A DNA stretch of 63,215 nucleotides, filler included, from Octopus bimaculoides (Eukaryota), in the NCBI RefSeq assembly GCF_001194135.2. It is 4 parts of 4 records of this genome, joined end to end, with 100 filler letters (N's around TTAATTAATTAA, not from the genome) between each part and the next. Parts side by side here need not be neighbours in the genome. Positions count along the whole stretch, not along the records: positions 28,494 to 52,559 come from NC_068985.1; 3 more parts are not named here. One strand, given 5' to 3'. The notes beneath the pieces were generated by a model. That model ran no database searches. It saw only the letters and a list, made by a program, of their open reading frames with translations, and had not been told where the DNA came from. A program made the position numbers and the translations under genes. Below are positions 37,622-51,239 of the stretch, piece by piece. Numbering within the stretch: position 1 is the stretch's first letter; each line of letters opens with the position of its first letter.

Positions 37622-38702
37622 CCTCAGGCCACATTTATAACAGCGAAGGATTCTGCCCTCCACCCACACTCTCAGACTTATGTCACCTATCGTTATCGTC
37701 TCTGCCAGTCTCTCTAGTGTTTCTCTCTCAGTTTGAATGTTCATCTCCAATGATTTCCCCTTCCACGTCCCGTCTTCAGTTGACGTGGCTTCGATAACAG
37801 ACACCTGCTCCTCACTTCCGAGGAGTACAGCCGCCGCCACCCAAGCCGCTTCCATACCAGGCGGTATTACTTCTACCCTGACCCTGGATGTCCTTCTTCC
37901 AAAATATATGGGTAGAAGGACTACTTTATCCGTGTTTATGGCCATCCTCCTTGCTACCTCTTCCGACTTGAATTGTGCTACTATTCTTCCAAATTTATTG
38001 CCTCGTGTAAGGAATATTATATCCTTTGTTACTGTTCTCAACGCCTTTTCTATCGTTTCAATTTCCATCAGTTCTACTTTATTTTTTTCTGCCGCAATTA
38101 CTTTATGCGTAATCATTTTCCTTTCCATTTTTTCCTTTATTTTCTGTGGAGGCGACAGCTTTACTTCACCACCCACTTTCCTTGCCATATTCTAATAATC
38201 CATCATTTTCGTTAGGTCTTCTTCACATGTTTTAACTTCTGTTATTTTCGCAAAGCTCTTTTTCTCTCCTAGTACTTTATCCATTTTGTAGACCGCCTTT
38301 GCAAGCTCATCCTCAGAGGTTAACAAATCTGACCCACCCAGGTCAGAATAAAACATACTTTTAGCCATTTGGCCTAGCTAATTCTCCTTAACGCGGAGAA
38401 AAAGCACCACCGTCAAAAACTGCTGCAAAGAAACACAAACATTTCAAACAAACAGCAAATCCCCAATAGCACGCACTGATTAGATTTGGGGATTGATCAG
38501 GTACCGGACAAGGATTCTGGATTATTTTCCCGTTTTTTTTTTTACTTAATTTTTGAGAGTGGTCGGGTTCATTCTTAGTCTTCTCGTTTGTGAGAGTAGC
38601 CGAGTTTATTTCAGATATTCTCATTTTAAAAATGATTTCCGGTTAATCGTTTGAAAGGACGTTGGTGTTGCCTTAGTGGAGGCTTGCGCTCTCCGAATAC
38701 TC
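37616..38702 (-). mobile_element. L1/Tx1-clade LINE 5' end: 5' UTR plus ORF1 with CCHC knuckle
   Basis: ORF 37499-38188 ending ...LRVWVEGRILRCYKCGLRGH; upstream ATG at ~38370 (MAKSMFYSDLGG...) broken by a stop and frameshift; 5' end gagtattcggagagcgcaagcc abuts (TTA)n at 38705. Confidence 0.8.
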
Positions 38703-38723
38703 TTGTTATTATTATTATTATTA

Positions 38724-38784
<61 letters not shown>

Positions 38785-38789
38785 CATCA

Positions 38790-39620
38790 TGTGGTGATAA
38801 CTCAAAGCTTTTTGGGGGTGGGGGTATGATGTAAAGTGTCAGCTGTCCACAGCCAGCAGACTAAGGTGACCCTTGTTTACTGGTCATGCTTCAAGAACCC
38901 TGCGAAAAAGTTTTGCGATCCCAAGCAATGCTAATTTTTGCAGGTGTTCCACCTTCACACTTGAACCAATATTTTTCAGCCATGTTGGTAGTTGAGTGCT
39001 GATACTTCCAAGGGCACCAATTATTATTGGTATCACGTGTACTCACCCCATTGACCACAACCTTCGTATTTCCCACTTCAAATCGTCATAGTTGTTTATT
39101 TTTTCTTCTTCTTTCACGTTGATCCTGTTGTCACCGCGCATGCTAAGTCGATTATCATACATGTTCTTTCTTTTTTATTCATTACAACAATGTCCGGTTT
39201 CCAATAACTGGTTAGATGATCGCACTGGATTAATGTATTCTGCAGAATTTTGCAATTCTCATTCTCGGTGACTCCTTCTGGGGTTTGCTCATATTTTGTC
39301 TTTGCTCTTCGTAGGCCGTGATTTCTACAGAGATCCCAATGGATCGCTCTTGCCACATTGTCATGGTGTCTTTTGCATTCGCGTTGTGCCAATTTCGGGA
39401 ATTCGTTAACGATGTGCCACACCGTTTCACCCCTCTCACTACACATTCTGCATTTGTTGATGTCGGTAGTGTTGTCTATTCTGCACTTCACATGGTTGAT
39501 CCTTAGCGCTTGTTCTTGAGCTGCACGTATGAGTGCTTCTGTTTCTGTCATCAGGTCACTCCTCCTCATCCATAACCATCGGTCTTCTAAATCCGTCTTA
39601 GCGTTCACATTTCTTGCAAA
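38790..39620 (-). mobile_element. Dong/R4-clade LINE 3' part (CCHC plus RLE)
   Basis: ORF 39114-39635 KCRMC...ETVWHIV...RHHDNVARAIHWDLC...KPDIVV...IIDLA; then PIIIGALG...LQKLALLG.AKLFRRVLEA*. Confidence 0.9.
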
Positions 39621-39631
39621 CTGACTTATTA

Positions 39632-39696
<65 letters not shown>

Positions 39697-39699
<3 letters not shown>

Positions 39700-39956
39700 T
39701 AGTTTAATTTTTATAACGTGCTTTCACTTCACTACCGAGCGCAGCTCTGTGCGCCTTGGGTATGTGCTGTGGTTTGCTGTGGTGCTCTTATGTTTACTGT
39801 ATTGAAAGTGTTTTGCGTAGAATGTGTGCAGTACCCAGTAGTGCAATTTTCTGTATGTTATATATATTTGTAAGTCCTGGTGTTTTTGTTATGTATTTGT
39901 CTGAATGTTTTTTTATTATACCTAAGGCACCTACTATGATAGGAATTGTTTCTGTT
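39697..39956 (-). mobile_element. Second Dong/R4 family 3' end with (TAA)n tail
   Basis: TETIPIIVGALGIIKKHSDKYITKTPGLTNIYNIQKIALLGTAHILRKTLSIQ*, short 3' UTR, then (TAA)n at 39619-39696; 5' part lost in gap 39957-40830. Confidence 0.9.
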
Positions 39957-40829
39957 NNNNNNNNNNNNNNNNNNNNNNNNNNNNNNNNNNNNNNNNNNNN
40001 NNNNNNNNNNNNNNNNNNNNNNNNNNNNNNNNNNNNNNNNNNNNNNNNNNNNNNNNNNNNNNNNNNNNNNNNNNNNNNNNNNNNNNNNNNNNNNNNNNNN
40101 NNNNNNNNNNNNNNNNNNNNNNNNNNNNNNNNNNNNNNNNNNNNNNNNNNNNNNNNNNNNNNNNNNNNNNNNNNNNNNNNNNNNNNNNNNNNNNNNNNNN
40201 NNNNNNNNNNNNNNNNNNNNNNNNNNNNNNNNNNNNNNNNNNNNNNNNNNNNNNNNNNNNNNNNNNNNNNNNNNNNNNNNNNNNNNNNNNNNNNNNNNNN
40301 NNNNNNNNNNNNNNNNNNNNNNNNNNNNNNNNNNNNNNNNNNNNNNNNNNNNNNNNNNNNNNNNNNNNNNNNNNNNNNNNNNNNNNNNNNNNNNNNNNNN
40401 NNNNNNNNNNNNNNNNNNNNNNNNNNNNNNNNNNNNNNNNNNNNNNNNNNNNNNNNNNNNNNNNNNNNNNNNNNNNNNNNNNNNNNNNNNNNNNNNNNNN
40501 NNNNNNNNNNNNNNNNNNNNNNNNNNNNNNNNNNNNNNNNNNNNNNNNNNNNNNNNNNNNNNNNNNNNNNNNNNNNNNNNNNNNNNNNNNNNNNNNNNNN
40601 NNNNNNNNNNNNNNNNNNNNNNNNNNNNNNNNNNNNNNNNNNNNNNNNNNNNNNNNNNNNNNNNNNNNNNNNNNNNNNNNNNNNNNNNNNNNNNNNNNNN
40701 NNNNNNNNNNNNNNNNNNNNNNNNNNNNNNNNNNNNNNNNNNNNNNNNNNNNNNNNNNNNNNNNNNNNNNNNNNNNNNNNNNNNNNNNNNNNNNNNNNNN
40801 NNNNNNNNNNNNNNNNNNNNNNNNNNNNN

Positions 40830-40873
<44 letters not shown>

Positions 40874-40892
40874 AATAATAATAATATTAATA

Positions 40893-41085
40893 AATGCCTA
40901 ACGGCATTTCTTCCCGTTTTACGTCCAGTGTTCAAATTTCGCCGAGGTTGATTGTGCTTTTCATCCCTTTCGGGTCGATAAAATGAGCACCATTTGAGCA
41001 TTGGGGTTGATGTGATCAACAACCCTTCAGAAATGAAAACCAATTTCAGGACTTCTGCCTACAGTAGAAAGAATCGTTATAATTA
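40893..41085 (+). mobile_element. SINE family B
   Basis: atgcctaacggcatttc...gttcaaatttcgccgagg...ttttcatccctttcgggtcgataaaatgagcacc. Confidence 0.8.
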
Positions 41086-41474
41086 TTATTGCTATTTTAA
41101 TTTTTATTTACATAAATTTTGTATTTTGGGATTTGCCCAATGGAACTTATTAATATACTCGTCGCTATTAATATCTTAGATTAAACAATCTCCAGAGCTG
41201 TTTAAAATGCAAATTGCCGTATTGTTTTCGTTGGCTGTTGTTCAAAATAAACTGAAATAGCATACCTCCCCTGCAGTTCTTTGGCAGTTTATTTTAAGTT
41301 AAAAAAACAGTTTTTTTCTCTTTTTGTATTGTATATTTTATCTCAAAGTTTCATGAACGAGTCTTTCCTGTCTCTGTCTCTCTCTCTCTCGTTGTCACTC
41401 ATTTCTCTAAGTCTTTCTTATACACCATACTTAAATGTATGAGTATATATATGTATATGTATAATATATATATT

Positions 41475-41508
<34 letters not shown>

Positions 41509-41522
41509 TACTATCTATATGT

Positions 41523-41553
<31 letters not shown>

Positions 41554-41643
41554 AATACACATGTACACGTTTTATCTAATTTGTTATATATTGGTGCATC
41601 TATGTCTTTATGTGTATGTAGTGAATGTACTTTTATATCATTG

Positions 41644-41686
<43 letters not shown>

Positions 41687-41869
41687 CTATATGCAAATGT
41701 CTGTGTGAATGAGTTTCCATATATATATACATACACGTAGTATATGTGTGGGAGCGTACGAGACTCTATGCGCATGCGTACGTATGTGGACGTGTCTTGA
41801 ACGTATTATTTACGTGTTTGTATTTGAATTATCCGAGGCCATAGTCAACCGATTGAATTAATAAATCTA

Positions 41870-42715
41870 CACCACACTACATTCTACCACCAACAAAACC
41901 ACTACCACCTCCACCACAACCATTGCCATCACCAATACTACAGTCATTCACCACCGACACCACCACCATCACCAACATCACCAACATCACAGTCATTCAT
42001 CATCACAAGCAGCACCATCACCAATTTACCACCACAGCACCAACACCACAGCTATTCAACACCCCCACCATCACCATATCGCCAATACCAGAACCATATA
42101 CCACCACAGCCACTAGCGTCACCAATACAACCACAACCACCACCATCACCACTATCACACCCATACACCAACACAACCACCACCACCACTATCACCACAA
42201 CCATCACTACCACAGCCCTTCACCTCCACTACCATCACCACCATCGTCACTACCACAGCCATTCGTCACCAGCACCTTCTCCAGTACCACAAACATTCAC
42301 CACTACAACCGCCACCATCACCAATATCACAGCTATTCACAACCACAACCACCACATCCGTAGCCGCCACCATTACCTACATCACCACCACTGTCACCTC
42401 CTGTACACCACCACCACCACCACCACCACCACAATCATCAAGCTCTTCCGTCAGCCATCACCACCGTTACCAACTCCACGTCTACCAACCCCTTCAGCAC
42501 CGAGCACCTCTTCAGTCATCTCAATGCGGTGATCATAACCAGTCATCACACAATTGACAACCTCCGCCAATCAGTACGGCAACTCTCATTAGCCACCAAC
42601 ACCAACACCACTCACAGCCACTCACCGCTACTCACCACCACCACCTCCACTACAAATACTACAAATACCACAGTAACAACAACAACTTCAACAACAAACA
42701 TAACAACACCGTGAA
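41870..42715. repeat. Degenerate (CAC/ACC)n low-complexity tract
   Basis: C/A-only strand bias; T/H/P-rich ORFs 41923-42363 and 42529-42714 are its translation. Confidence 0.9.
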
Positions 42716-43099
42716 CAAAAGACTATAAATTGCAACTCCTCCAACCAAAAGCACTTCCACCACACCCCTACAAAACCAAACCACATGATACTTTTGTCAA
42801 TACGATGACTTTTCAGTACATTACCTAGATTTATTGTTTATTTGTGTTTTCTTCGAGGATTTCTCAGTGTAAATGTTTTCCTTTGCCTTTCTAATTTTAT
42901 CCAAATAAATTCAATTAATTTTCAACAACCACCACAACAGTGGCCACAACAACAATGCAAATAACAAACACATATGAATGACAGTGAGTCAACGTGTTTG
43001 TTATACATCTGAGCACTCGACAGGCTAGACATAGCAATTGAATTCTTCTTAAAATACCACAATTCTTTAAAACGGAATACTTAAAAACAGAAATATGAG

Positions 43100-43900
43100 A
43101 ATACATAAGGAAATACTCTACTAAAATGCAGACGGAATGAAAATAATAAAATCCGATAGACTGACAACGTGAATTATGAAGGTAAACTTGACATACGTAA
43201 ATTTAAAGCAAAAAACAAGATTATAACAAAGCACAACTAACTCAAACCTTAGACTACTTAGAAAGCATTATCTAGCAGCAGCCGTACAAGAACTACACAA
43301 ACAAAAATATGAATTTTTAAAAAGGCAAAATCCTATCGATAAACATTTTGGATATCAGGATAATCTAAAGGTAGAAATAGTTAAAGACTTAAATTCGATT
43401 GAATATATTCCTATAGAGGAACGGAAACTGCCTCCAGATAAAATTTAACAATAAAATATCAGCTATTATAAAGAAGTAGTGCGGGCAAAAACTGATGAAA
43501 ACAACACTATTTTGAAAATAATTAAATAACATATGCAGTCAGGAGTGCGGACCTCCACTAAACTATTCGTATAAGAATATATAAGCCCATGGAAAACAAG
43601 GTGGGAAACAAACAAAAAGAGAAATATAGGAAATAAAAGATCTCTTTATTATTAATGAATAACAACGCTAAGACATAACTGGGAAGAAAAGGAGAGACAA
43701 ATATAAGAGATACAAATCAATGCATTGCCAACAGCAGCAGAAAGAGAATTTAGAAGAAAAATCAGTGATAGAAATGATAGTTCCAAACAAGAAAGTTGAA
43801 AGCAATAAATATAGCACTGAAATAATCGTGGGAAATAATAAGGACACAAGCATTAATTCAGCCGTTAGATCAAATAAAAATTCAGAAAGCACAAGGACGT
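43100..43900 (+). mobile_element. Possible decayed non-LTR/Penelope ORF N-terminal fragment (unassigned)
   Basis: A-rich strand; 73 stop-free codons at 43227-43445 (...LRKHYLAAAVQELHKQKYEFLKRQNPIDKHFGYQDNLKVEIVKDLNSIEYIPIEERKLPPDKI); no diagnostic motif. Confidence 0.3.
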
Positions 43901-46900
43901 AGTAATTCGTAATTTCAAGGAGTGAGTATCTAACCATAAATGTATTTCGAACTTCCTTCAGATGTTGCCGATTAACGAAGACATTTAATCCTATTTGTCC
44001 AATAATAAGTAGCGAGTATGCTTGTGCACGGGCTGTCGAGATCTTACGTAATTTTACAGTTAGTAATTAGCATAAAAAATATTAAAAAATTACGCCAAGC
44101 TGAATACAGCAGACATGTTTCTAAAGTTCGCTAATGACACCAAATGAAATTTATTAATCTCGATGTTTTTGTTTTTTTTTTACTTTCTTCGACGTCGACG
44201 ATACACAAGTGATGTTATGGGCAAAATTCCAAATTTTAAAATGGCAAACGAAGCAGTATTATTAACATCCCACATCAATTATTTCCCCAAATTCCTAAAT
44301 TAATACTTCAATTCTTCTACAGTCAAATCTCTCTAAACGTGGCAGTCGGAGTGGGTTAGGGAGGATAACTTTAGATAGAGTTCACCTCATTATTATATTC
44401 ATTTCAGTACAGCTATGAATTTATCCATTTGGAGGTTGGAAGTTAAGCTTTGAACACCTCGAGTCATTTATCATCAATATCAAATTTATAATAAATAGCA
44501 AGATACATTACACAATGCACAGTACAATATAATAAACGTAGAAAGCACCTTTACATTCACACAGTCAGTGTAAAATTTTTACTATTACCAGAACTGTTAC
44601 GCACACATATTACTCTGTCTTCTATATCGGATATATACAAATGTGCTCATGCATACAGGTATGTAAGCGCGCTGCCCTAATCGGCTGCTATTTTGACATT
44701 TTGTCATATGTATAACTTCGATCTTGGGTTATTCTAAATTTTGTTTCCATCAGAGGTAGATGCCCCATACTTGAGACCTGGATATCATATTACACAAATT
44801 AATCAATGAATAGCTTTCATTTTATTGTTTTAGAGACCAGATTATTATATGAATTTATTCTCTGAAGGGGAAATTGACAGCGGAAATTTGTCAGGGAGAA
44901 TACTCTTCTAATTGTATCTTCATATTGTCTTATGTAAGAAAATGAAATTCTGTTATCTACTTTTATTTACTTTCATTAACTTTTGCTAATGAGCAATAAT
45001 TATATGTGAACTATTTTGTGAAGATCATGTTTTAAAATATCATGCAGTTACAACTTGTTGACATTTGCTCTGCAGACGCCGTGTTCCAATTATTTTAAAT
45101 GTTAGCGAATAAAAAATGATATTAACAAATAAATTATTCCTTATATTCTGAATCAAAAGATGTTTGAACATTCTCTAAATATATAGATATATATATACAT
45201 ATAGAATCGAACTGAACAATTGGTTTAATAACATGTTTCCAAATTGAAATTTATTCAATTAGATTTTGAGAAAATTAACAGATAACACAGATCGCTTAGA
45301 TAAGTCATTAACATCAAAGAAAAATAATAACATTTAGAATTTTATGTGCATACTGTTAGTCTCAGAAGCCTTTTCATTGATCATACCTTTCGAATGCGTA
45401 CAGCACAACTACCAGGAGCGTACACGCCGCCTCTAAAGCATCTATTTCTTACATAGAGTGGCTAAAGTTTCCATCTCGAACACATAGGTCTTAAATAAGG
45501 TGACAGACAATACGATGGTTAGTATTCTCCAGAAATAACATTTTTCTCCAGAGACATGAAACTGTTAGAACGTTTGTTATCTTAGCGAACCCATAAATAA
45601 TTGATCTCGTAACCACTGATTCAACCGTGCAATGGTAAAACTTTCATCAGCACACCATTGTTCGATATGTATTTCGTTAGTATTCAAGAAAGTTAAAACG
45701 TTTTACTAAATGGTAAAGTCGGCTCTATTGAAGTCGCACTTATTGAAGTGCGCCGCGAAATCTAAATAACTTAAAGAAAGAATCATTATCTATTGATGAA
45801 CTGTTGTGTGCTTAAGAAAAGCAAAGGAAACAACAGCAAAGTTTTAATTAATGAAAATCAATTTCAATATCTAATGTGGGCAATTCAGTTGGGAGCAAGC
45901 TTGATCTTAGCAATACAGTAGCAATTCTGGATGCAATTCAGCCTTACACTTCATCAGGAAAATATAGTTTTTCTCTTCCATACGAGTCCAATTTTAATCA
46001 ATTTGAATTTCATAGCCCATAACACAAAATATATCAGCATTGACTTTACAATTTGGTTTCCATACGGAACATGGTCAAAGTTATTTCTTCAATAGCTATT
46101 GTTCTCTATGGATAGATAAATTCCAGTTCAGCAAAGAGTATCTGTTATACATATACAGACAGATCCCTGACCCGAAAGCAGCTCATCTTCTTGACATATT
46201 TTGATTAGTCAACATAGCAAGAAAAAAGAAATCTGGTGCCCGTTAATTATAGTTTTGCAATCTTCTGGTATGAACGCTTGCAACTGAGTGTACTCTATTG
46301 CAAAACCTCGAGACTAGATAGTATTTTTAAGCCGGTGGACAGGTTAAGCATATCATCGAAATCATGATGCGAATATGAGAAGAAAAATTTACCTTAGTAT
46401 TCTGCCTGTCATGATGCATGTCCAAGTGTTATGCTTTTAAAATCGTTTGGAAAAAAGCTATGAAACGAATTACAAGGCATAATATTTAACCTAATGAAAC
46501 AGCTTCACTATGAAATGGGGTATAAGGCTTAATCGAATTCTTTTACGTTTTAAGATAATAAATGCTGCAAAGGTTTATAAATTTATGCATCAAAATCGAA
46601 GCAAGAACACATATGAAGTGTGACTTCCCACGATCTTTCGCTAGTATTTAATTATACTGACTAACAAAAAGATGCAAAAGTTCAAGCTATATTATTTCAC
46701 ACAGAGAATGATTAACGCTTAATATATTGCATTTATTAAAGCAAAACTTTAAACAAATTTTAGAGTTGATTATCTCTAGCAAGTGATTTGGTCTGAAATA
46801 ACGTATTTCAATGAAAGCAATTATACTATGGCGCGCTCATTTTAGCCATTCAAAAACACACGGAAACGGTTAATTCATTAACTATTTATAACTTACTGTC

Positions 46901-48003
46901 ACAATTTTCGTGGAACTGTCGCTGACCAAGTCACTCATATAGTTTTAGTGACCAGTTCAAAGACAATGCAACGAAAATTCCGACCCCAAGTATTACGTGA
47001 TTAAGTGATGTTAATTTTTGTGTTCTTATGGATGGCTACAATAATGCTACCAAACCTTATTTGCTCAGACAAATTCCAAACAATTATGTGAGTCAAATGT
47101 ATAGATTACGATGATAATTATTCCCACAAAAGACAGCATGATTTTATGAATAATGTTTTAAATACTGCTGAGTTGTTAATGGCTGGGTTATAAGTTCTAT
47201 TTAACCATATTCTCGGCGTTAATGTTTGTAAATTCTACTCCAGATGTTTTTGCAATAGCATTAAAGCTCAGAGGCGAAGAAAACAGTTTTTCGTACTTTT
47301 CTTCACAAATGCCAACTCCAGATATTTTGAGATATATATGAATAGGGAAGTAAATGCTAATAGCGATAAAAGTAGACTTAGAAGGACGCCATAGAAAATT
47401 ATAAGAAAGTAAAACTGACCACATATATAATATGCATTACAGGAAATTGTATGAGCATAGATAGATTGCATGGGTTAAATATAATCGTCGGATTGGACTT
47501 AATAAAAATGGCAGACAAAATGAACACAGAAGAAAATATTCTAACAAAACGTCGAGACAGATAATTACAATAACAATGTGCATAGTCTATATCCTCAAGA
47601 TATACAGTACGCTGCATACAGATTTGTGAAAAGTATGAGAAGATTACTACAGTGCTCTCACAAATGGGTATATTTTGCAAAACAGGTAAATTAAAATATC
47701 TTAATATACCGCGGAAGCAATATTAATTAAACGATTTCATTTTATTATTCATTCAGAAAAGGAAAAGCAGGGGTACGATAGGAGATCAATGTTGTTGATG
47801 TTCGTTTTAAAATTTGCAGGTTGATGTTAGTGAGAAGGGAATTTTAGAAGCTGAGGGAAAGGGATTGAAGAAAATGTTTATTGCAAAAGGTGGAGACGTA
47901 ATGGGTGATCCAGGATGAAAGTTATAAACAGAAAGCGGTAGGAAAAATTGTAGAAGTAGCAGATGAACCAAAGAAAAATAATGCGATCGAAATTTAGTAG
48001 TTA

Positions 48004-50497
48004 TTACAAAATACGAAAGAGTCCGCTTTCATTGGATGTTTGTAGTGTTAGACGTGCGTAATATTTTGAACTATCCGATATGAAACCAATATTGAAATGA
48101 AGGTGATTATCTATTTGGGCATTACGATTTTCATGTGACTTCATATGATTCGCGTATTCTGCTTTTGACAACAGAATACGATCACATATAATATATATCC
48201 AATGGTCACTGTTGATTGTAGTTCCAATTGTTCCTTTGTGACAGGCCGTTTTAAGTTCAGAGTGCTGAATCATCTTTTCCTCCCAGGCATTACAACCGGT
48301 CATAACAGCCCCTTCACCACTTGTTCCGATCTAGAGCATCATTTTCCCAATCATTTTTGTTCATATCTAGTTTCTTCAGGTTTTCCTTCACATCCGTTAT
48401 ATCTTTTCCTCGGCTTATGTTGTGGTCGCTTACCAGACTTGAGCTCACCATAAAAAAGACGCTTTGGAAAACGCTCGTCCTTCATTCTAATAACATGTCC
48501 AGTCCATCTCTTTTGAGCCAAGATACCATGTTGTTCAACTGAGTGGCAGCGTGCCAAGCACAAAACCATTGTATCTGGTATAAAACATTCCCACTTGACT
48601 CCTAAGTTTCGTCTGAGGTACTTTTGATGAAATTTCTCCAGTATTTTTATGTGACGCTTGTAAGAAGTCTATGTCTCACTTGAATAAAGAAGTGCCGACA
48701 ATACACACGCTTTATAGACACTGATTTTTGCCTGCAGGGAAATACCACTATCCGCCCATACTCACTTTTCGAGCTTTCCAAATGCAACACTTCCCTTCTC
48801 TATTCGATAGTATATCTCTACATCAAGACTACCATCTCTTGGCAGTGTGCTTCCTATGTAAACAAAGATGTCAACGACTTCCAACCTTGTTCCATTCACA
48901 AAAATGTTTGGTTCGGAATATGTTTGTCCTGGCACAGGAGTAAACATTATTTTAGTTTTTCCCAAACTAATTGTGAGTCCGAAATGTACACATGAAGTGG
49001 AAAATCTGTCCATTAAATGTTGCATATCCCCCTCTGAGTGTACCAACAAATTAGCATCATCAACATAAAGTAATTCTCTAAAAAGAATTTTGAAAGTCTT
49101 GGCTTTGCAGTTAAACCGGGTCAAATTAAAAATACGACCAGATGTCCGAAATCTTATTCCGATTCCCCTGTTGCAATCCTTGAAACCATACCAAAGTAAT
49201 GCAGCAAATTAAATAAAGAAAAGTGTAGGGGCAGGAATATCTTCTCGTTTGACACCGTTGTCCACCGAAAATTCATTAGATAACACACCATTAAAGACTA
49301 CTTGATCTTTCATGTTTCTGTGTAGTTCCTTAAAAATGCGCACAAAATGTGTTGGACAACCAAGTTTACACTAAACAATCCAAAGTGCTTCCTTGCTTAC
49401 CGAGTCTATGAAGAAATGGCATAGTGGCATTTGTTCCTGTAAGCATTTCTCTTGAAGGTGCCTCACAGAACATATCATGTCCATTGTTCCTCGCTCAGAT
49501 CTGAAACCATACTGTTCTTCAGGAATCACATGTGGACACACATTCTCTACAACACGATCTAACATGATCCTTGAAAGTATTTTCTCGGTATGTGCCAAAA
49601 GAGTTATCCCTCTAGAATTACCACACACTGCTTTCGGGTCCTTACCCTTGTATACAGAGATTAGAATGCCATTTATCCATTCTTGTGGCACAGAAGATTC
49701 ATTCCAAACTCGAGTTACCCGGTTATGAATTTCAGAGGAAATATGATCCCCAGCTGTTTTCAGACTTTCAACTTGAATACCATCCAATCCAGGAGCTTTA
49801 CCTGATCTCAGTTTACATAATGCCAGATTTACTTCTTCGATGGAAGGTGTATCATCCATGTGTTGCACTATCTCTCTTTGCAGAATGTTGTTAATGATAT
49901 TCATGTTCACTACAGACGGATAGCGGAAAAGATCTGCAAAGTGTTTTCTCCATCTATTCATTATTCCAGGAGGATCTTTAATAACCTCATTTCCATCCTT
50001 CGACTTCAAGGGAACATATGATGATGAAGATTGCAGGCCAAAAGCTTGCCGCAATAAACTATAGAAACTTTTAATGTCTTTCCTACCATAGGCTGTCTAT
50101 ACTTCCTCAGACAAATTTCTCCACCAAATGTCTTTAAGCCTCCTGAGTTCTTTTTGTAAGTCTGCTTTCTGAGACTTATACAACTTTTCTAATTGCACTT
50201 TGTTCTTAACGTTTGGGTCAAGAAGTTTTTCATGAGTGGACCTCATTGTTGCTAAAAGCTCATTTATCACTGTATCATTGGAATCAAACCAGTCTCGGTG
50301 TTGTCTCCTCTTACACCCTAACACTTCTGATCCCATTTTATATATTCCATCATGGAAAGATTGCTATGAAACTTCAAAATAAACAGTGCTGCATCTCTTC
50401 TGAAACAACTGCAAAAATTGAGGTTGTTTTAGCTGCTATACCTCAATTTTCTTTGGTAGTCGTACACTTGCACTACGAGTTTTCTTACGGACCCTGA
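48004..50497 (-). mobile_element. RTE (BovB-like) LINE, ~2.5-kb 3' portion, frameshifted
   Basis: Consecutive ORFs: KAPGLDGI, NSRGITLL, EEQYGFRSERGTMDMI (49371-50054); LLYVDDANL, LEVVDIFVYIGS (48762-49124); RWTGHVIRMKDERFPKRLFYGEL (48351-48569); C-terminal ICDR...YANHMKSH (48004-48303). Confidence 0.95.
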
Positions 50498-51239
50498 AAA
50501 AAATACATATATGTATAAAATTTGCAATTTTTACAATTTAAACATATTTTTAAAAAACATTTTAAAATTGTAACATGTATANNNNNNNNNNNNNNNNNNN
50601 NNNNNNNNNNNNNNNNNNNNNNNNNNNNNNNNNNNNNNNNNNNNNNNNNNNNNNNNNNNNNNNNNNNNNNNNNNNNNNNNNTATATATATATACAATATG
50701 TACTGTATGTATATACTAGTATATGCTAATGTGTTCAGGTGCATACGTGTCCGATTGTGCGTGCGTGTATATGTGCGTCTGTATGCATGTATTTGTGAAC
50801 GTTTGTGTGTATATTGATGAGATGAGGTTTGGATCAGGAAATAGCAATCTAATATCTCGTGCAGGGTAAAGATAAAGTGTTATTGCCATTCGAAATATAT
50901 AATCGACTTATCAATCGATATTAGTGATATGGCATTCGATGTTAAGCAAAGATTTTAGGAAACACAAACATTCAGTTGTAGCGTGAGTAACTACGTAGAT
51001 ATATCAATGTAGAACTGTGATTTCTGTATTGGAATTTTATAACGTGGCAAAACGTTATAAATATAATTTGATGGCATAAAGTTGCATGAAAGTAGTGATG
51101 ACGTAGAGTCCAGTTTTCAGCCATTGCATTTATTTATTTTCCCAAATATCGTTGACGCTATTGAATAGGTTCTTCTTTTAAAGCATCAGGGTTTACTTTC
51201 AAAGTGCCAATTCTAGGACATGCAGCGATCTTGTACTCA

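Noticed and set aside
36095-38702. Twin-priming inversion of one L1
   Set aside because: The junction is tail-to-tail, opposite to the twin-priming geometry, and no TSD or tail is visible
41923-42714. Mucin-like T/H/P-rich ORFs; likewise the CV-, YI- and LS-rich ORFs elsewhere
   Set aside because: Translations of (CAC)n, (CA)n, (TA)n and (CT)n tracts, open in several frames, with no splice or domain support
45854-46132. Protein-looking minus frame (AELEFIYP...LDSYGREKLYFPDEV...LPTELPTLDIEIDF) as a pseudogene or viral relic
   Set aside because: 7 stops in 93 codons is about what random sequence of this AT content gives, and no motif is recognised
47197-47680. Hydrophobic minus-strand ORFs suggesting a GPCR or ion-channel TM segment
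   Set aside because: All three frames are hydrophobic because the strand is T-rich; no family motif
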